Both the position numbers and the translations under genes were made by a program. 64,000 nucleotides of DNA from positions 5,486 to 69,485 of the forward strand of contig BDTA01000058.1 of assembly GCA_002897935.1 (NCBI GenBank), in the 5' to 3' direction. The DNA comes from a bacterium BMS3Abin08. Lineage in GTDB: Bacteria; Nitrospirota; Thermodesulfovibrionia; Thermodesulfovibrionales; JdFR-85. This document shows, piece after piece, positions 1 through 8,064 of the stretch; the stretch's first letter is position 1, and each line of letters starts with the position of its first letter. The notes beneath the pieces were generated by a model that was not told where the DNA came from, did not search any database, and saw only the letters and a program-made list of their open reading frames with translations.

Positions 1-1174
1 TCAGGGCTGACCTGAACTCCCCGGAGGCCTTCTCGAACTGTCCCCTCTTCATGAATATTCCACCCCTGATCTTTGTAATCTCCGGAAATGCTGACGGGTT
101 TTCTATTGCCCCGGTCATCTCAAGGGCATCATCGAGCATCTCAAGCCTGTAATAGAGTTTGGCAAGAAAAAACTTCAGGACATTATCTGAGGGGTTCTCG
201 GCTATACTCTTCTTGTAAAGATTTATCAGGCGCATCGGCTCTCCCACACCGAGTATCAGGTCTTCAAGCCTGGCGAGAACGATCATCGATTTCCGTTCAG
301 TATAAACCCTCTCAAGGTAATTGATGGCATCTTCGGTATTACCCTCCTGGATCATCACTTCCGCATAACCAAGGTGGGCGGGTATAAAGTCTTTTTTCAG
401 CTTGATTACAGCCCTGAATGTCTTTTTTGCTTTCTCGATATCCCCGCTCTCAAGGCTTTCACGCCCCGACTCGTATTTATAGCCGATCTGTAAAGACTGT
501 TCTTTCTGCCTTTCCTCTTCAGAGCCTGCATTCCTCAAAAGCCCCTTCTGCAGATAAACAAGATCATCCCACCTTCCAAGCTTTTCAAGGAGTTTCCTTT
601 TTTTGTACAATGCAGCGATATTCCTGGGATCACTTCCAAGTATATCATCGGCATAGGCGATAGCCTCCTCATATGCCTTCGTCATCTCCTTGATCCTGAC
701 AAGGCTGAGAAGTGTTTCCGTGTTTTCAGGATCAGAAGACAGAGCACGTTTGAGACAATCCATCGCCCTTTTGTAATCCCCTGCATCCATATGGACCTCT
801 CCGAGTCTGAGCAATGCCTGCACATTGCCGGGGTCTTCAGAAAGGATATCCTTGAGCGCATTCACGGCCACATCAGGCCTGCCCGAGTGTAATGCATTGA
901 GAGCCCGTGCATAGAGGTTCTGGATCTTCTCTTTCCGTTTCTGCATCTTCTGGGTCTGGATATTTCCAATAAGCCTCTTGGTATCTCTCATGGTATAAAC
1001 CACAAGCATGAGGAAGGCCCCTGCTGTAACAGAGATGAGGATCAATGCTATCTTCGGTATCTCATAAACGACGTCCTGGGTGATGGAAAGAGAGACCGGC
1101 TCCCTGTTAAGAAGTGCAAGATACGCAATAATGCCAAGAAAGACGATAAATATTAAAGTTATAACCTTTCCCAT
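1..1174 (-). CDS. TPR-repeat protein with N-terminal membrane anchor (LapA/LapB-YciM-like); 3' end lies outside the window
   Basis: Absent from the ORF track because it has no stop in the window. A reverse-strand ATG at 1174-1172 opens a frame that stays open to position 1. It begins MGKVITLIFIVFLGIIAYLALL and has two hydrophobic helices. Repeated TPR-like helices follow (GDYKRAMDCLKRAL, YEEAIAYADDIL, NTEDAINYLERVY). Confidence 0.6.
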   Translation of the reverse strand, partial: MGKVITLIFIVFLGIIAYLALLNREPVSLSITQDVVYEIPKIALILISVTAGAFLMLVVYTMRDTKRLIGNIQTQKMQKRKEKIQNLYARALNALHSGRPDVAVNALKDILSEDPGNVQALLRLGEVHMDAGDYKRAMDCLKRALSSDPENTETLLSLVRIKEMTKAYEEAIAYADDILGSDPRNIAALYKKRKLLEKLGRWDDLVYLQKGLLRNAGSEEERQKEQSLQIGYKYESGRESLESGDIEKAKKTFRAVIKLKKDFIPAHLGYAEVMIQEGNTEDAINYLERVYTERKSMIVLARLEDLILGVGEPMRLINLYKKSIAENPSDNVLKFFLAKLYYRLEMLDDALEMTGAIENPSAFPEITKIRGGIFMKRGQFEKASGEFRSAL

Positions 1175-1618
1175 CTAATGATGATACCTCATTCCTTTTA
1201 TTATTGTCATTCCCCTGAAAAGCTGCTCAAGAAAGATGAGCCTCACCATCTCATGAGTAAACGTCATTGGAGACAGAGAGATCACCTCGCTGGCTGCATT
1301 CTCCACCGCATGAGTTACACCATAAGCGCCGCCTATAACAAAGGTAGCAGCCTGTCTATTGTTTAAATATTCAGCAAACTCTATGGAATCCATCTTCGTG
1401 CCGCTTTCCTTGAACAAAATGAAACTTCCCGCGCTTCTCAGTATACGCTCCTCCTCCATCCGCATCCCCCTTGCCCTGTTCTTCATGCTCCCCTCCCTGA
1501 TCTGTACTACCTCGATCTCTGATAGGGGTTTGAGTTTCTTCAGATACCCTTCAATCCCCTCGGCTATATACCGCTCCTTAGTCCTGCCGACCCATAGAAC
1601 ACGAAACCGCCGCCTCAC
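1175..1618 (-). CDS. rlmH: 23S rRNA (pseudouridine1915-N3)-methyltransferase RlmH (SPOUT/YbeA family)
   Basis: 147 aa. Contains RERYIAEGIEGYLKKL, TFVIGGAYGV and LSLSPMTFTHEMVRLIFLEQLFR, typical of RlmH. The rsfS-rlmH synteny is conserved. Confidence 0.85.
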   Translation of the reverse strand: MRRRFRVLWVGRTKERYIAEGIEGYLKKLKPLSEIEVVQIREGSMKNRARGMRMEEERILRSAGSFILFKESGTKMDSIEFAEYLNNRQAATFVIGGAYGVTHAVENAASEVISLSPMTFTHEMVRLIFLEQLFRGMTIIKGMRYHH

Positions 1619-1629
1619 GTTATACCGCC

Positions 1630-2010
1630 CTAAATCTCAATACGCGGGGCATCCAGCCAGAGCTTCTCAATGGTATAGAACTTCCTCGTTTCATCCTCGA
1701 ATACATGTACAATCACATCACCGAAGTCCATCAGGATCCACTGACTGTTCCTGTATCCTTCCACACCCGCCGGACGAAACCCCTGAGAACGGAGCCGTTC
1801 CTCTATATGATCAACTATTGCCCTAACCTGAGTTGTGCTCTCACCGGAACATACGACAAAGTAATCGGTGATAATAGAGATCTCCTTCAGCTCAAGTACG
1901 GTAACATCCTTTGCCTTTTTGTCCCTAACAGTTGATGCAATTATACGGACCTTCTCCAGACTGTCTAAGTCAATCACCACCTTTCCACCCGGGCTTTCAG
2001 ACGGACCCAC
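1630..2010 (-). CDS. rsfS: ribosome silencing factor RsfS (iojap family)
   Basis: 126 aa. Contains KKAKDVTVLELKEISIITDYFVVCSGESTTQVRAI and WILMDFGDVIVHVF, the RsfS signature. It overlaps the nadD 3' end by 14 nt. Confidence 0.85.
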   Translation of the reverse strand: MGPSESPGGKVVIDLDSLEKVRIIASTVRDKKAKDVTVLELKEISIITDYFVVCSGESTTQVRAIVDHIEERLRSQGFRPAGVEGYRNSQWILMDFGDVIVHVFEDETRKFYTIEKLWLDAPRIEI

Positions 2011-2650
2011 TGTAAAGCCCTTTAGAAATTATATAAAATTCAACTGATTCAGGCAACAAATATTTTATGCTTCGCCCTGATTTCATTCTTCTCCTTATAT
2101 CCGATGCCGATATTTCAAGCTGTGAACACTGTACATAAACAGCAAGACTTCCACTTACAAGTTTAAATATACCTTCTCCTTCACTGCTCTCAAGGGTACC
2201 TCCAATGAAGGGAGATTGCAGGATATCCTTAACACTGTAACCAGGCCTGTTAACAATGACAAAATCCGTTAATGCAACAAGCCTTTCAGGTTCATGCCAG
2301 CCGGGGATATCAAGGAATGCATCAGCCCCGAGGATAAAAAGGGGCTTCCTCCCGGGGTCGAGGTTCCTGTACTCGTCAAGGGTATCCACGGTAAATGACC
2401 GCCCCTGCCTTCTGCATTCAAGATCGGAGACCTCAAAGTAAGTATTTCCCCTTATGGCCTCCTTCACCATACTGAACCTGTGGGTTGAGCCGGCAAGGTC
2501 TTCAGTCTTCAAAGGAGGAATGTTGGAAGGAAGAAAGATTACTCTCCTTAGGCCTAACCTCTCCCTGACTTCTTCAGCTACCCTGAGATGGCCAAAATGT
2601 ATCGGGTTAAAAGTCCCTCCAAACAGGGCGGTTCTTTCTTCCAGGACAAT
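1997..2650 (-). CDS. nadD: nicotinate-nucleotide adenylyltransferase NadD; start codon unresolved (no in-frame ATG/GTG/TTG upstream of the catalytic motif)
   Basis: The track ORF starts at TTG 2512. The in-frame upstream sequence (2513-2650) encodes LFGGTFNPIHFGHLRVAEEV, the essential nucleotidyltransferase (T/H)xGH motif. The upstream in-frame stop is at 2734-2732. Candidate starts are ATT 2650, CTG 2644 and CTG 2665. Confidence 0.7.
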   Translation of the reverse strand: MVLEERTALFGGTFNPIHFGHLRVAEEVRERLGLRRVIFLPSNIPPLKTEDLAGSTHRFSMVKEAIRGNTYFEVSDLECRRQGRSFTVDTLDEYRNLDPGRKPLFILGADAFLDIPGWHEPERLVALTDFVIVNRPGYSVKDILQSPFIGGTLESSEGEGIFKLVSGSLAVYVQCSQLEISASDIRRRMKSGRSIKYLLPESVEFYIISKGLYSGSV

Positions 2651-2730
2651 GGATAATCTCTTCAGTGTTCCTCTTTCCTGCGTTTTATATGCTCCTTGTA
2701 ATTGCAGTAACCCGGCAATAAATATAATTT

Positions 2731-3245
2731 GTCATGCCCCGAAAACTCTCGGGGTATCATTTCAGGGATGACAATTGTGACACCGTTTGTTCACGGGAAT
2801 AACGGTTATACAAGGTTTACAGTCTTTAATTACCGAACTAATAATTGCAATTATTATAACTAATTTCCGCCTTAAAACAAAAGATCCCGTAATACTTCAC
2901 ACTTTATTAAATTTGACTCTTTCGTGTTTTAGTTGAAGACAGGCTTAAAATTCAACTTAACATTAACCACAACGCACAATGTCATTCCCCGAAAGCGTTC
3001 GGGGAATCGTTCTTTAAGAAGGATTCCCGAGACCCGAATGCGTTCGGGATTGCGGGAATGACTAATAAACGTCAAGCTCTCCGACCAAAGGTCGGGGCTT
3101 TCGGCAAGGTGCATTGTAAACACGGGTAGAAAAGAGCAGCATGATTGAAGCTGAAGGGTTTTGAATTTTGCATCAGATTCACCGGGAAGGTGAATTGCAA
3201 AATTCCCTCGGAAGCGGGCGGAATGCCCGCTGAGAATGACTGAAG
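2731..3245. repeat. cluster of interspersed hairpin-module repeats (several families)
   Basis: 2731-2772 reads gtcatgccccgaaaactctcggggtatcatttcagggatgac. 2915-3062 is about 90 percent similar to 19026-19190. 3071-3120 (gtcaagctctccgaccaaaggtcggggctttcggcaaggtgcattgtaaa) recurs at 25926, 26271, 28976 (reverse complement), 52265 and 57101. Confidence 0.7.
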
Positions 3246-3309
3246 ATTCCATCATGTTGGTCCTTAACGTTACTTGCCGCTATACCCGGGGTCTTTTTAT
3301 AACGGGATT

Positions 3310-5058
3310 TTACCCGTCGATCAGGTCTTCATTTATGTTAAAACCGTACTTCTTAAGCTTACGCACTACGGTAGAATGATCAACTCCCAGTAAACGGGCA
3401 GCTTCCCTTGTAGTCTTTTTTATGGATAAGACATGGGCCAGGAGCTTTTTTTCAACCATGGCACGGGCCTGTTCTAAAGGCATTATGCCTTTAACCTGAA
3501 TCATGGAACTGTCACTTGTCTCCTGCTGATAGATATTGTGGGGTAAATGGTATGGCTGAAGCACCTCTTCATCACTTATGATAACCATCCGCTCAATTAC
3601 ATTTTGCAATTCCCGGACATTGCCCGGCCAGTGATAGGATTCCATAAACTGTATGATTTCGGGAGAAAAGGTCTTGGACTGATTAAACTTGTTATTATAA
3701 TTCCGCACAAAGTGCCAGGCCAGCGGAAAGATATCCTCCCTCCGGGTCCTGAGAGGAGGAATTTCAATAGGCACCACATAAAGACGGTAGAACAAGTCTT
3801 CACGGAAATCACCGTCTTTCACCATTTTCTTCAGGTTTTTGTTTGTGGCTGCCAGGATACGTACATTCAGCTTAACAGGGCTCACACCTCCGACCCGCAT
3901 GATTTCAAAATCTTCGATAACCTTAAGAAGTTTCACCTGACAACTGAGGGGTAACTCACCTATTTCATCGAGGAAAATCACGCCCTGATTGGCAAGTTCG
4001 AATAGTCCCGGCTTACCTTCCCTGGAGGCATTGGTAAACGCCCCTCTCACATAACCAAAAAGCTCGGTTTCAAACAGGTTCTCGGGAATTGCTCCACAAT
4101 TAACGGGAATAAACGGACCACATCTGCGGGCGCTCAGCCGGTGGATAAGCCGGGCCATCACCTCCTTGCCCGTACCGCTCTCCCCTTCCAACAATACCGT
4201 CGTATCAACCTGGGCCACCCTGGCGATAAGGTCTAAAACCCCCCGCATAATCCGGTTTTCAGCTATAATCTCACCTCCGGTAATCTGCAAAATACGTGCA
4301 TCCTCGGGAGTTGACAGGTACATGGCCATCAGGCGGGATACCTCATCCTTGAGTAGTTGCAGTTCCGTAATATCCCGGATATGAATAATAGTTTGTGCAA
4401 TGTTTCCCTGAGACATTACAGGTGTGCCTGTTACGTAAATTTCATTACCCTGTTTAAGTTTGCCCATACTGGTGATACTCTTCTTCAGCTGCTGTACCAA
4501 CCGGACAACCTCCTGGATGGTGTGCAAACAAACATGGGTTTCACCGTCGATCTCTTCCACTTTTCTGTTTAAAATGGATTCTCCTTTGAGCCCTGTTATC
4601 CTGCTGAAACTGCTGTTGACCTTGGCAATACGGCAATTTTCAAGAATAATGATACCGTCATAGAAGCTCTCCATTACCGATTCCAGTGTCTGGGGCATAT
4701 CTAAAGAAGAAGCCGGAGCTGTAATGTTTATCTGCGAATCGGTTGATTCGTCAAAAAGATACATTCTGCCGGCAAGTTTTCCATTACACTGAAAAGGCGC
4801 TTTGTATAAGATTAGCTCTTTATCCAGAAGTTTCTGTTTTGTGAAATTCGCACCATTGTTATTCCCGTTTAAAAAACAACCGACCTGTGAGTCGGCAGGT
4901 TTCCCAAGTGCACTCTTTGCTTTAATCCCGAGAATATCTTCAGCCTTCCCGTTAATGAACACAATCCTTCCCTCTACATCCGTGAGAACCAACCCGCAGG
5001 TTGCCCCTTCAACGATATCCGGAAGTACCGTCATATCAAATGATTTGAAAAATGCCAT
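3310..5058 (-). CDS. sigma-54-dependent transcriptional activator with N-terminal PAS domains and C-terminal Fis-type HTH
   Basis: 582 aa. Walker A GESGTGKE. GAFTGA-type loop present as GAFTNA. ESELFGY-like ETELFGY. The motifs FLDEIGELP and RVGG place it in the NtrC AAA+ family. C-terminal HTH TTREAARLLGVDHSTVVRKLKKYG. No receiver domain. Confidence 0.85.
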   Translation of the reverse strand: MAFFKSFDMTVLPDIVEGATCGLVLTDVEGRIVFINGKAEDILGIKAKSALGKPADSQVGCFLNGNNNGANFTKQKLLDKELILYKAPFQCNGKLAGRMYLFDESTDSQINITAPASSLDMPQTLESVMESFYDGIIILENCRIAKVNSSFSRITGLKGESILNRKVEEIDGETHVCLHTIQEVVRLVQQLKKSITSMGKLKQGNEIYVTGTPVMSQGNIAQTIIHIRDITELQLLKDEVSRLMAMYLSTPEDARILQITGGEIIAENRIMRGVLDLIARVAQVDTTVLLEGESGTGKEVMARLIHRLSARRCGPFIPVNCGAIPENLFETELFGYVRGAFTNASREGKPGLFELANQGVIFLDEIGELPLSCQVKLLKVIEDFEIMRVGGVSPVKLNVRILAATNKNLKKMVKDGDFREDLFYRLYVVPIEIPPLRTRREDIFPLAWHFVRNYNNKFNQSKTFSPEIIQFMESYHWPGNVRELQNVIERMVIISDEEVLQPYHLPHNIYQQETSDSSMIQVKGIMPLEQARAMVEKKLLAHVLSIKKTTREAARLLGVDHSTVVRKLKKYGFNINEDLIDG

Positions 5059-5332
5059 GGTCGTAATATTTAATACAAATCCATCGATTGATACCTGCTG
5101 CTACCTGCATGATCCTGTTGATCTTTTCATAAACAGGGAATAAGAGAAGTCACTGAGAGGTATACGGCATGTTAAGCTTAGATCATAAAAGTGAAAGCAG
5201 GGCTGTACCTGTAATTGCTGCATCACTATTGCCTCCTATTTAAACCATACCACAAAAACATACCGTGGTTCAAGAGAGTTGCCGGCCTATGCCTTCCTTA
5301 TCCGGCCATAATTCCACAATCCGGCAGGGGTT

Positions 5333-6043
5333 CTAATACATCAGCATAATGCCCATTATAATTAAAACTAAGAAAAGAGCCTTTTTATATCTTTCCTCGC
5401 TCAACCTTTTGATCCCGTAAATACCGCATAGCATCCCGGTTATCATTACGGGAATTAGTTTCAGGAAGGTCATAGCAATGGCAGACGTTATATTACCACT
5501 GACAAGATGAAACAAAAGCACCAGTATACTGGTGCTGAAAATGAAGAGGTTTAACGATGCTACAACCTCCATTTTGGGCCATTCCCTGTTTGACATATAA
5601 AGGACGGCAGGGGGACCCGTTGTATTATATGCACCCCCTAATGTTCCGGCAAGCACCCCTAATATGTACGCTGTCCAGGCCGGCATCCTGTAGGGAACCC
5701 TCATAATGAAGAGCGAGTACAGGGCGTAAACAATGAGGAACACGCCCAGTATCGACTTCATTAAATCATCACTGAATTCGTTAAGAAGAAAAATTCCTAT
5801 TGGAATCCCGAAGACGGCACCTGTAATAAGTGGAGCGATTTTCCTGAAGTCAAATCTTACCCTGAATCGAAATGTCAGGATCCCGGATATTAACGGCAGA
5901 AAAAGGGCTATCAGCGGCGCTACAAACTTTATATTCAGAAAAAGCAGGAGGAGCGGCATCCCGATCAAAACAAAGGCAAACCCAAACATCCCCTGTAACA
6001 GGGAGGCGATAAATATTACCCCTCCAATATAAATTATCTCCAT
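5333..6043 (-). CDS. TauE/SafE-family (DUF81) anion exporter-like membrane protein
   Basis: 236 aa and polytopic, with about 7-8 hydrophobic helices. Glycine-rich helices (GMFGFAF, GAVFGIPIG, GTLGGAYNTTGPP) are typical of the DUF81/TauE family. Confidence 0.7.
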   Translation of the reverse strand: MEIIYIGGVIFIASLLQGMFGFAFVLIGMPLLLLFLNIKFVAPLIALFLPLISGILTFRFRVRFDFRKIAPLITGAVFGIPIGIFLLNEFSDDLMKSILGVFLIVYALYSLFIMRVPYRMPAWTAYILGVLAGTLGGAYNTTGPPAVLYMSNREWPKMEVVASLNLFIFSTSILVLLFHLVSGNITSAIAMTFLKLIPVMITGMLCGIYGIKRLSEERYKKALFLVLIIMGIMLMY

Positions 6044-6172
6044 AGATAGTGGAAGAATAAAATGCCGTACACAGCTATGACTGCCTCGATGAGGACATCA
6101 AATCGAGCATTTATCCTTACAGTACACTAAAATTCAATTCAGAATGTAATCACTTACCACACTGTGACAGTT

Positions 6173-6589
6173 TTAGAAGGCGAGGAATCCATCGGAGTCC
6201 AGAGCTAAATCTATGAGTGTGGCAGCTCCCGTAATCTTTGCCTGCGGGATTAAATCATCCTCTTTCAGGCCCTTGTTGGCAAAACTCTGGGAACAGACCT
6301 GGAACTCGATCCCGGATTCAACAGCCTCCCGGAGTCTCTGTTTCAAGGTAGGTTTTCCCGGTTTGGTGTCAGGTTCTCTATCAACTGCACCTTTAACCAT
6401 TAGATCAACCCCATCCTGCACACAGTATAAAATCGTCCGGCTGTTGGCCGTTGCAGCAATCGTAGCAAACATGAGGGCTGAACGGGCTGTAGCAGGGGCA
6501 TTCAACCCGGATGTACAAACCACGAGAAACAGTGGTTCCACTTTTTTCTGTTCTCTATCATGAGGTAATGATACCAGTTCATTTTGCAT
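6173..6589 (-). CDS. DsrE/DsrF-like sulfur-relay family protein
   Basis: 138 aa. The beta-alpha-beta start FLVVCTSG and the later YCVQDGVDL and FQVCSQS resemble the DsrE/DsrF fold family. Assignment is by motif recall only. Confidence 0.55.
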   Translation of the reverse strand: MQNELVSLPHDREQKKVEPLFLVVCTSGLNAPATARSALMFATIAATANSRTILYCVQDGVDLMVKGAVDREPDTKPGKPTLKQRLREAVESGIEFQVCSQSFANKGLKEDDLIPQAKITGAATLIDLALDSDGFLAF

Positions 6590-6756
6590 ATTGTCCTCCT
6601 TATATTATTGCTAAGCAAGATGGACTCGTAAAAAGTCCATCTTACCGTTTCAGGATGGCTAAGTAAAAATTCGATATACAGGGAGTAGTGGTGTCGTCCA
6701 GGCGGAGGCATTGGGCGTACCCGCTACGACGCAGGAGATCGATTTTTTGCGAGCCA

Positions 6757-7302
6757 TCAAGCAAGTCTTCTCTTTGAAAACTCATTCGATAACTTAACCG
6801 GTTTAATCATTGTCTGTCCCACCGGAGAAATAGCTAACGCCTGTTCACATATCTCCTCAAGTTCTTCCAGCGCAGCTTTGCTCTTCACAAAAACCTTTGT
6901 TCTTATTTCGTTGAACCCGGGTGTTGAATCTGTACCGGAGGGTTTCTCTTTTGCAAGAAAGGCAGGAATATCAACGTCACCCTCAAGTTCAATTTCCAGT
7001 TTCTCTATCTGTATATCCTTCATTGTTGCAAGAAAAACAAATACTATACTCAGACACGCTCCATACGCACTGAGTAAAAGGGCCATAGGATTTGGAGCAC
7101 TATCAGAACCTCCAAGTGAACAAGGTTCGTCCGCCAGGACTTTAAAGTCCTTAACAGCCGTCTCTATTTTAAAACCACCCCTCCAAACTGATTTTGCCTT
7201 TGTTACTGTTACACCTAACTCCGGTGATGCCTTTAAAACATCCACCAGTTTTTTTATTTGCATCTCGTCTAAACTGTTTAACATGCTCTGTGGTCTCCTC
7301 AA
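6757..7302 (-). CDS. OsmC/Ohr-family protein
   Basis: 181 aa. Contains GGSDSAPNPMALLLSAYGACLS and a C-terminal ISPV motif characteristic of OsmC-like proteins. Confidence 0.7.
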   Translation of the reverse strand: MRRPQSMLNSLDEMQIKKLVDVLKASPELGVTVTKAKSVWRGGFKIETAVKDFKVLADEPCSLGGSDSAPNPMALLLSAYGACLSIVFVFLATMKDIQIEKLEIELEGDVDIPAFLAKEKPSGTDSTPGFNEIRTKVFVKSKAALEELEEICEQALAISPVGQTMIKPVKLSNEFSKRRLA

Positions 7303-7320
7303 CGTGTCTTTATTTTCTCA

Positions 7321-7367
7321 ATATATATATATATATAGTCTGTTTATGAACCAAATTATGAACCAAA
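7321..7367. repeat. (AT)8.5 microsatellite followed by a perfect tandem 12-mer duplication (ttatgaaccaaa x2)
   Basis: Read directly: atatatatatatatata at 7321-7337, then ttatgaaccaaa at 7344-7355 and again at 7356-7367. The region lies in the leader between the sigma-54 promoter and the OsmC start codon. Confidence 0.9.
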
Positions 7368-7369
7368 CT

Positions 7370-7715
7370 TACGGTGTCACCTCTGAAATAAATTCAGGAC
7401 AGACTCTGACATTATGCGCCCCGAAACCTCCCGGGGTAGTGTTTCAGGGAGTATCCGTACCGACCTCAATCCTACTAAGCAAAGTTTATGCCATACTACT
7501 ATTATTTTTTTAACACCCTTTATTGTAAACACTCTTTTATTTTGAACATAATCTAAACGGGCTGTTGCCCAAACCATAAATTGTTACTCCTGAAAAAAAT
7601 CAGGGTAGGCCCTGAACCCTGTGCCCCGAAGGCTCTCGGGGTATTGTTTCATGGTCTCTCAGCTCATTAGTTTTTATTAGATTTCCCGAACTTAATTCGG
7701 GATTCAGAATGACGG
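7370..7715. repeat. hairpin-module repeats (ccccgaa..cggggta and cctgaa..ttcagg modules; attcgggattcagaatgac module)
   Basis: 7418-7450 and 7620-7652 are copies of the 2735-2768 module. 7681-7712 (tttcccgaacttaattcgggattcagaatgac) matches 32711-32741 and the reverse complement of 52524-52552. Confidence 0.6.
7478..7493 (-). promoter_or_regulatory. sigma-54 (-24/-12) promoter for the OsmC/DsrE-like/TauE operon
   Basis: The reverse complement reads TGGCATAAACTTTGCT. GG and GC have exactly the consensus spacing of TGGCAC-N5-TTGCW. It lies about 175 nt upstream of the OsmC ATG (7302). Confidence 0.6.
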
Positions 7716-7921
7716 CAGGGACATTTTCCTGTTTGGGCAACAGACTGTAAAGTAAAAACAGGAGCGCATTGAGGCATCTTTTTCCAACTGATTACTCATT
7801 ATTTGGTGTGTTATTACACCATTACAATGATACTTAGGTGCTGATTTGCACCAACCTATAACCGGCGTTCCGGTTTCTACCGGCAAACTTTCCCTATTAA
7901 TTCAGGAACAATTAACCACAA

Positions 7922-7931
7922 CCCCCCCCCC
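7922..7931. repeat. C10 homopolymer tract
   Basis: Ten consecutive C residues read directly, about 135 nt upstream of the ABC substrate-binding gene. Confidence 0.9.
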
Positions 7932-8064
7932 TGGTATGAATGATGCATGTTTTACATACGCAACAAATACCTAATACAATAGAAACAAAGCTGGCAGCAA
8001 CAGTCCGAGGTTATTAAATTATAAACCAAGAAACAAGAAAAAAACTCATTAGGAGGTAACGAGG

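Noticed and set aside
2929-3255. ORFs lying wholly in repeat DNA (also 23007-23363, 26200-26529, 26506-26847 in part, 28889-29098, 18976-19188)
   Set aside because: Their sequences are translations of hairpin-module repeats found in both orientations at many loci. They have no RBS and no consistent frame between copies.
6590-6756. Possible riboswitch in the DsrE-like leader; the minus-strand RNA has ...CGCCCAAUGCCUCCGCC...CCACUAC, faintly fluoride-riboswitch-like
   Set aside because: It lacks the conserved GAUG / CUGAUGA elements, and I could not build the pseudoknot. Part of the region (ggactcgtaaaaagtcc) belongs to the family-B repeat. It would need an Rfam covariance-model scan to revisit.
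6878-7513. 211-aa plus-strand ORF
   Set aside because: Antisense to the OsmC-family gene. It runs on through the (AT)n tract and repeat modules and is serine-rich and low-complexity.
7836-7850. sigma-54-like sequence AGGTGCTGATTTGCA upstream of the ABC operon
   Set aside because: The GG-to-GC spacing is one nucleotide short of the invariant -24/-12 spacing, and the -24 element is TAGGTG rather than TGGCAC.
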